The notes below the pieces were generated by a model, which saw only the letters and a list, made by a program, of their open reading frames with translations, had not been told where the DNA came from and searched no databases. The translations under genes and the position numbers were made by a program. Shown here piece after piece: positions 60,073 through 64,000 of a DNA stretch of 64,000 nt (positions are counted from its first letter, which is position 1; the number at the start of each line of letters is the position of its first letter). Source of the stretch: an uncultured Gemmatimonadales bacterium. GTDB taxonomy: Bacteria > Gemmatimonadota > Gemmatimonadetes > Gemmatimonadales > GWC2-71-9. The DNA lies in NCBI GenBank assembly GCA_963739455.1, contig CAVUAK010000002.1:352001-416000 (forward strand), written 5' to 3'.

Positions 60073-62700
60073 TCAGTTGGCCCCCTGCAACCAGGCTGCT
60101 ACCACGCCCGGCGTGCCGTCACGCGCCGCGGCGAGCCGAGCCACGTCACCGGCGCCGGCGGATGCGAAGTGCGGCCGGCCACCACCCTTGCCGCCGCTCA
60201 GCGCCGCAAGCCGGTTGACGAGGTCGCCTGCCTTGCGGCCTGACTTTACGAGATCGTCGGTCACCGCCACGTGGATCGCGCCCTTGCCCGAGGTGCCGAA
60301 GAGCACGAGCACGGCGCTCTCCCGGCCGCCGCGGAACGTGTCGGCGACGGCGGCAATCTCGTCGCGGTCCTCTGCCGCCGTGTCGGTCATGGTCACGGCG
60401 ACACCTTGAATGTCGAGTGAGGTGCCCTGCACCGCCGCCCCGCCTCCCTTGAGGAGCTCAGTGACGCGGGCCGCGAGCTTGTCCCGCTCCTCCAGCAGCT
60501 GCTCCAGCTTGCGCTGCAAGTGCTCGGGCTGCGCCTTGACCGTGTGAGCCGCCTGGGCCAACCGCGCCTGCAGTGACTCGATCTGGGCGTAGGCCTCGGG
60601 CCCGGTGACGGCCTCGATGCGTCGCACGCCGGCAGCTACGCCGCCCTGCGACTGGAACTGGAACACGCCCACCTGCCCCGTCGAGCGCACGTGCGTGCCG
60701 CCGCAGAGCTCGATGGAGGATTCGCCCATGAAGACGACGCGCACCTGGTCGCCGTACTTCTCGGAGAAGAGCGCCATCGCGCCCAGCTGCAGTGCATCGG
60801 GATAGCGCATCTGCCGGGTCTCGACCGGGACGTTCTGCCAGATGTGCGCATTCACCTCGCGCTCGATGGCCTGCAGCGCCTCGGGCTCGATGGGGCCATG
60901 GTGCGAGAAGTCGAAGCGGAGGTGGTGGTCGTCCACCAGCGACCCCTGCTGGCGCACGTGCGTGCCGAGGTGCTTTCGGAGTGCCGCATGCACCAGGTGT
61001 GTGGCACTGTGGTTCCGCTCGATGTTCCGGCGGCGCGAGGCGTCAACCACCGCCTTCACCGACGTGGGCTCGAACTTCTCGCGGAATGCGCCGCTGATCA
61101 CCGTGCCTCGGCCCGCGTCCTTGTAGACACGGTCCACCGGCATTACCCAGCCTTCGCCATGCACGCGGCCGGTATCACTGACCTGACCACCAGACTCGAC
61201 GTAGAACGGGTTCTCGCGGAGGAGCAGTTCCACCCGCTCGCCGTCCTGGCGGAAGGCAAGCGGCTCGGTGTCGGAGGCATCGTGCTGGTAGCCGACGAAT
61301 TCCTGAGTCCCATCGCGCAGGTCCCGCCACTCTCCAGCGCCCTTCGTGTGAACCACAGCGCTCTCCGAAAGCTTGCCGGCATCACGCGCTGATCGCGACC
61401 GCTTCCGCTGCGCCGCCAGCGCTGCCTCAAACCCCGCAAGGTCCACCGACGCCCCGTTCTCTTCAGCAATGATGACGGTGAGGTCGATCGGGAAGCCGTA
61501 GGTATCGTACAGCTTGAATGCTTCGTCGCCGGGGATGACGGTGGCGCCGGCCGCGAGCAACTCGCTCATGCGGCCCAGGCCACCCTCGATCGTGGCAAGG
61601 AAACTTCGCTCCTCGGCCTCGACGTAGTCGTGGATCGTCTTCGCGTTCTTCACCAGCTCCGGGTACACATCCCCAAGCTGCGCGATGACGGTGCTCGTCA
61701 GTGGCGTGAGGGTCGGCTCGCGCCGGCCCAGCAACCAGGCATGCCGTACCGCGCGGCGCAGGATGCGGCGCACCACGTAGCCCCGTCCCTCGTTGCTCGG
61801 GAAGCAACCGTCAGCGAGCAGGAAGCTCACCGCGCGCGCGTGATCCGCCAGGACGCGATAGGACGCGCCCGCCGGGCCTCGATCGTACGGTGCGCCGACC
61901 AGCCCTTCCACCTGCTTGAGCAGCGGCAGGAAGAGGTCGGTGTGAAAATTCGAATCCTCGCCCTGCATGATCGCGGCGATGCGCTCGAGGCCGGCGCCGG
62001 TGTCCACCGACGGCTTCGGCAGCGGCGTGAGCGTGCCATCGGCCGAGCGGTCGAACTGCATGAAGACCAGGTTCCAGATCTCGAGGAACCGCCCCGCTTC
62101 CGCCAGCTCCTCGAACTCAGCGGTGCCGATCCGCGCCGCCTTCTGTCCCGGCTTCCAGTCGAGGTCGACGTAAATTTCGCTGCATGGCCCGCACGGGCCG
62201 GTGTCACCCATCTGCCAGAAGTTGTCCTTGTCGCCCAGGCCGTAGATGCGGTCATCCGGCAGGCCCGAGATCTCGCGCCACAGCGCGCGCGCCTCGTCAT
62301 CGGTGTGATGCACCGAGACGCGCAGCCGCTCCGGGTCGATGCCGAGCCATTTCGGGCTCGTCACGAACTCCCAGGCGAAGACGATAGCGTCGCGCTTGAA
62401 ATAGTCGCCGAAGGAAAAATTGCCCAGCATCTCGAAGAAGGTGTGATGCCGGGTGGTGTGGCCCACCTGCTCGAGATCGTTGTGCTTGCCGCCTGCCCGC
62501 ACGCACTTCTGGGACGTGGTGGCACGCGCGTAGTCGCGGTGCTCCTGACCCTGGAACGTGCGCTTGAACTGCACCATCCCGGCGTTGGTGAACAGCAGCG
62601 TGGGATCGTCGGCAGGGACGAGCGAGGCACTGGGAACTTCACGATGGCCACGCTCGACGAAATAGTCGAGGAAGCGGCGACGGATGACGGCAGCTTTCAT
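60073..62700 (-). CDS. alaS: Alanine--tRNA ligase
   Basis: DPTLLFTNAGMVQFK, RHHTFFEMLGNFSFGDYFK, EIWNLVFMQF, HSATHL, ELCGGTHV, GGKGGGR. Confidence 0.98.
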   Translation of the reverse strand: MKAAVIRRRFLDYFVERGHREVPSASLVPADDPTLLFTNAGMVQFKRTFQGQEHRDYARATTSQKCVRAGGKHNDLEQVGHTTRHHTFFEMLGNFSFGDYFKRDAIVFAWEFVTSPKWLGIDPERLRVSVHHTDDEARALWREISGLPDDRIYGLGDKDNFWQMGDTGPCGPCSEIYVDLDWKPGQKAARIGTAEFEELAEAGRFLEIWNLVFMQFDRSADGTLTPLPKPSVDTGAGLERIAAIMQGEDSNFHTDLFLPLLKQVEGLVGAPYDRGPAGASYRVLADHARAVSFLLADGCFPSNEGRGYVVRRILRRAVRHAWLLGRREPTLTPLTSTVIAQLGDVYPELVKNAKTIHDYVEAEERSFLATIEGGLGRMSELLAAGATVIPGDEAFKLYDTYGFPIDLTVIIAEENGASVDLAGFEAALAAQRKRSRSARDAGKLSESAVVHTKGAGEWRDLRDGTQEFVGYQHDASDTEPLAFRQDGERVELLLRENPFYVESGGQVSDTGRVHGEGWVMPVDRVYKDAGRGTVISGAFREKFEPTSVKAVVDASRRRNIERNHSATHLVHAALRKHLGTHVRQQGSLVDDHHLRFDFSHHGPIEPEALQAIEREVNAHIWQNVPVETRQMRYPDALQLGAMALFSEKYGDQVRVVFMGESSIELCGGTHVRSTGQVGVFQFQSQGGVAAGVRRIEAVTGPEAYAQIESLQARLAQAAHTVKAQPEHLQRKLEQLLEERDKLAARVTELLKGGGAAVQGTSLDIQGVAVTMTDTAAEDRDEIAAVADTFRGGRESAVLVLFGTSGKGAIHVAVTDDLVKSGRKAGDLVNRLAALSGGKGGGRPHFASAGAGDVARLAAARDGTPGVVAAWLQGAN

Positions 62701-62776
62701 CCCGTAAAGATAAGGCGGGCACGGGGTTCCCGACCACCTCACGGGTTGCGGACGGAGGCCCGCTCCGGGCTGACGA

Positions 62777-63403
62777 TCAGACCAGCTGGCTCACGGCCTT
62801 GTGGGCGATATCGCCGGTGTACCCGCGCCGCGCCAGGAAGGCGAGCAACCGCCGGCGCTGGGCCACACGCGGCAGCTTGGCGAGGCGCCCAGCCCGGGTG
62901 CGGGCGAGCTCAAGTGCCCGCTGGCCATTGTCCACGTCCGGGGGCCATACCACGGCCATTGCCCGGTCGATCGCCTCCCGTTCCACTCCCATCGCCCCCA
63001 GGTCGCGTCGCACCCGCGCCGGCCCGCGCCCCCGGGTACTCCGCACCTCGGCGTAGCCAAGAGCAAAGGCCGAGTCATCGAGCAACCCGCGCGCGAGCAG
63101 CCTGCCGAGGGCCACATCGACGGCGGCTGCCGGATGTCCCTTCCGCACCATGCGACGGCCGAGGTCGGCGCGGGCAAAGCTGCGTCGTTCGAGTGCCCGG
63201 AGCGCCGTACGGAACGCTGCTTCGCTGTCCGCAGCGGCGTTGAGCCCCTCAACAAGCCCCCCCTCCACTGGCATCCCGGGCTTGAGGCCGAGCACCTCGG
63301 CGTCCTCGCGCGCAAGCACGCAAAGCGTCGTGCCGTCCACATCAACCCGGATGGCGCCGGCGCGGCGCGCATCCGGGGTGAGCGCGGTGATCCTACTCGT
63401 CAT
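62777..63403 (-). CDS. recX: Regulatory protein RecX
   Basis: [26 protein letters not shown]; directly downstream of recA. Confidence 0.88.
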   Translation of the reverse strand: MTSRITALTPDARRAGAIRVDVDGTTLCVLAREDAEVLGLKPGMPVEGGLVEGLNAAADSEAAFRTALRALERRSFARADLGRRMVRKGHPAAAVDVALGRLLARGLLDDSAFALGYAEVRSTRGRGPARVRRDLGAMGVEREAIDRAMAVVWPPDVDNGQRALELARTRAGRLAKLPRVAQRRRLLAFLARRGYTGDIAHKAVSQLV

Positions 63404-64000
63404 CGTCCTCACTCACGGCAACGGCACCGCCGGCCTTCACGCCCAGGAAGTCGCGCACCTTGCCCTCGACCTCGGTCATGAGCGCCTGGTTGTCGCGCAG
63501 GAAGAGCTTGGCGTTCTCGCGGCCCTGCCCGATGCGCTGGTCGCCGTAGGAGTACCAGGCGCCCGACTTCTGGATGATGTTCGCTTCGCTCGCGATATCC
63601 ACCACCAGGGAGGTGTGGCTGATGCCCTCGTCGAACATCACGTCGAACTCGGCCTGCCGGAACGGGGGAGCCACCTTGTTCTTGACGACCTTGACCCGCA
63701 CGCGGTTGCCAATGACGACCTCCCGCTCCTTGACCGGACCGATGCGCCGGATGTCGAGCCGGACCGAGGCGTAGAACTTGAGCGCCTTGCCGCCGGTGGT
63801 GGTTTCGGGGTTGCCGAACATGACGCCGATCTTTTCCCGCAGCTGGTTGATGAAAACCACGGCGCACTTGGAGCGGTTGATGGCGCCGGCCAGCTTGCGC
63901 AAGGCCTGGCTCATGAGGCGCGCCTGCAATCCCATGTGGCTGTCACCCATTTCGCCCTCGATTTCGGCCTTGGGCACCAGGGCCGCCACCGAGTCGATGA
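63393..64000 (-). CDS. recA: Recombinase RecA, C-terminal part (runs off window end)
   Basis: [66 protein letters not shown]. Confidence 0.99.
   Translation of the reverse strand, partial: IDSVAALVPKAEIEGEMGDSHMGLQARLMSQALRKLAGAINRSKCAVVFINQLREKIGVMFGNPETTTGGKALKFYASVRLDIRRIGPVKEREVVIGNRVRVKVVKNKVAPPFRQAEFDVMFDEGISHTSLVVDIASEANIIQKSGAWYSYGDQRIGQGRENAKLFLRDNQALMTEVEGKVRDFLGVKAGGAVAVSEDDDE

Overview
High-GC bacterial chromosomal window; the gene order and protein style suggest Gemmatimonadota, but that is inference. Left: a housekeeping run (dnaJ-hrcA-hemW-dprA-obgE, CMD-family gene, asparaginase), a Wzi-like gene, rfaE1 and tRNA-Val, then two tandem paralogous Thr/Ala/Gly-rich lipoproteins that share a conserved promoter and structured leader. 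Centre-left (15161-26083): a ~10.9 kb integrated satellite-like element with a tyrosine integrase, Xis-like HTH, Prim-Pol, D5/P4-type helicase, ~10 orphan ORFs and a trypsin-like protease cargo. It sits in the anticodon loop of tRNA(CAT), probably Ile2. Unusually it duplicates the 5' half of the tRNA and appears to supply its own sigma70-type promoter to the restored tRNA. It also carries candidate arm sites and a candidate antisense sRNA matching the RBS of the ORF upstream of the integrase. Centre-right (26.4-52 kb): a surface polysaccharide locus (GTs, SLBB/Wza, CapD, MraY/WecA-like, wzz/wzy/wzx, rfbBACD, asnB) interrupted by a self-contained, divergent isocitrate-lyase-like gene with a perfect Rex/CRP-type operator. 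Right: housekeeping genes (hflX, rarA, ZIP, CCA enzyme, asparaginase, SDR, gmhA, PHP phosphatase, alaS, recX, recA). The many frameshifts at ~8 kb, 27.9-34 kb and 52-58 kb look like assembly indels.
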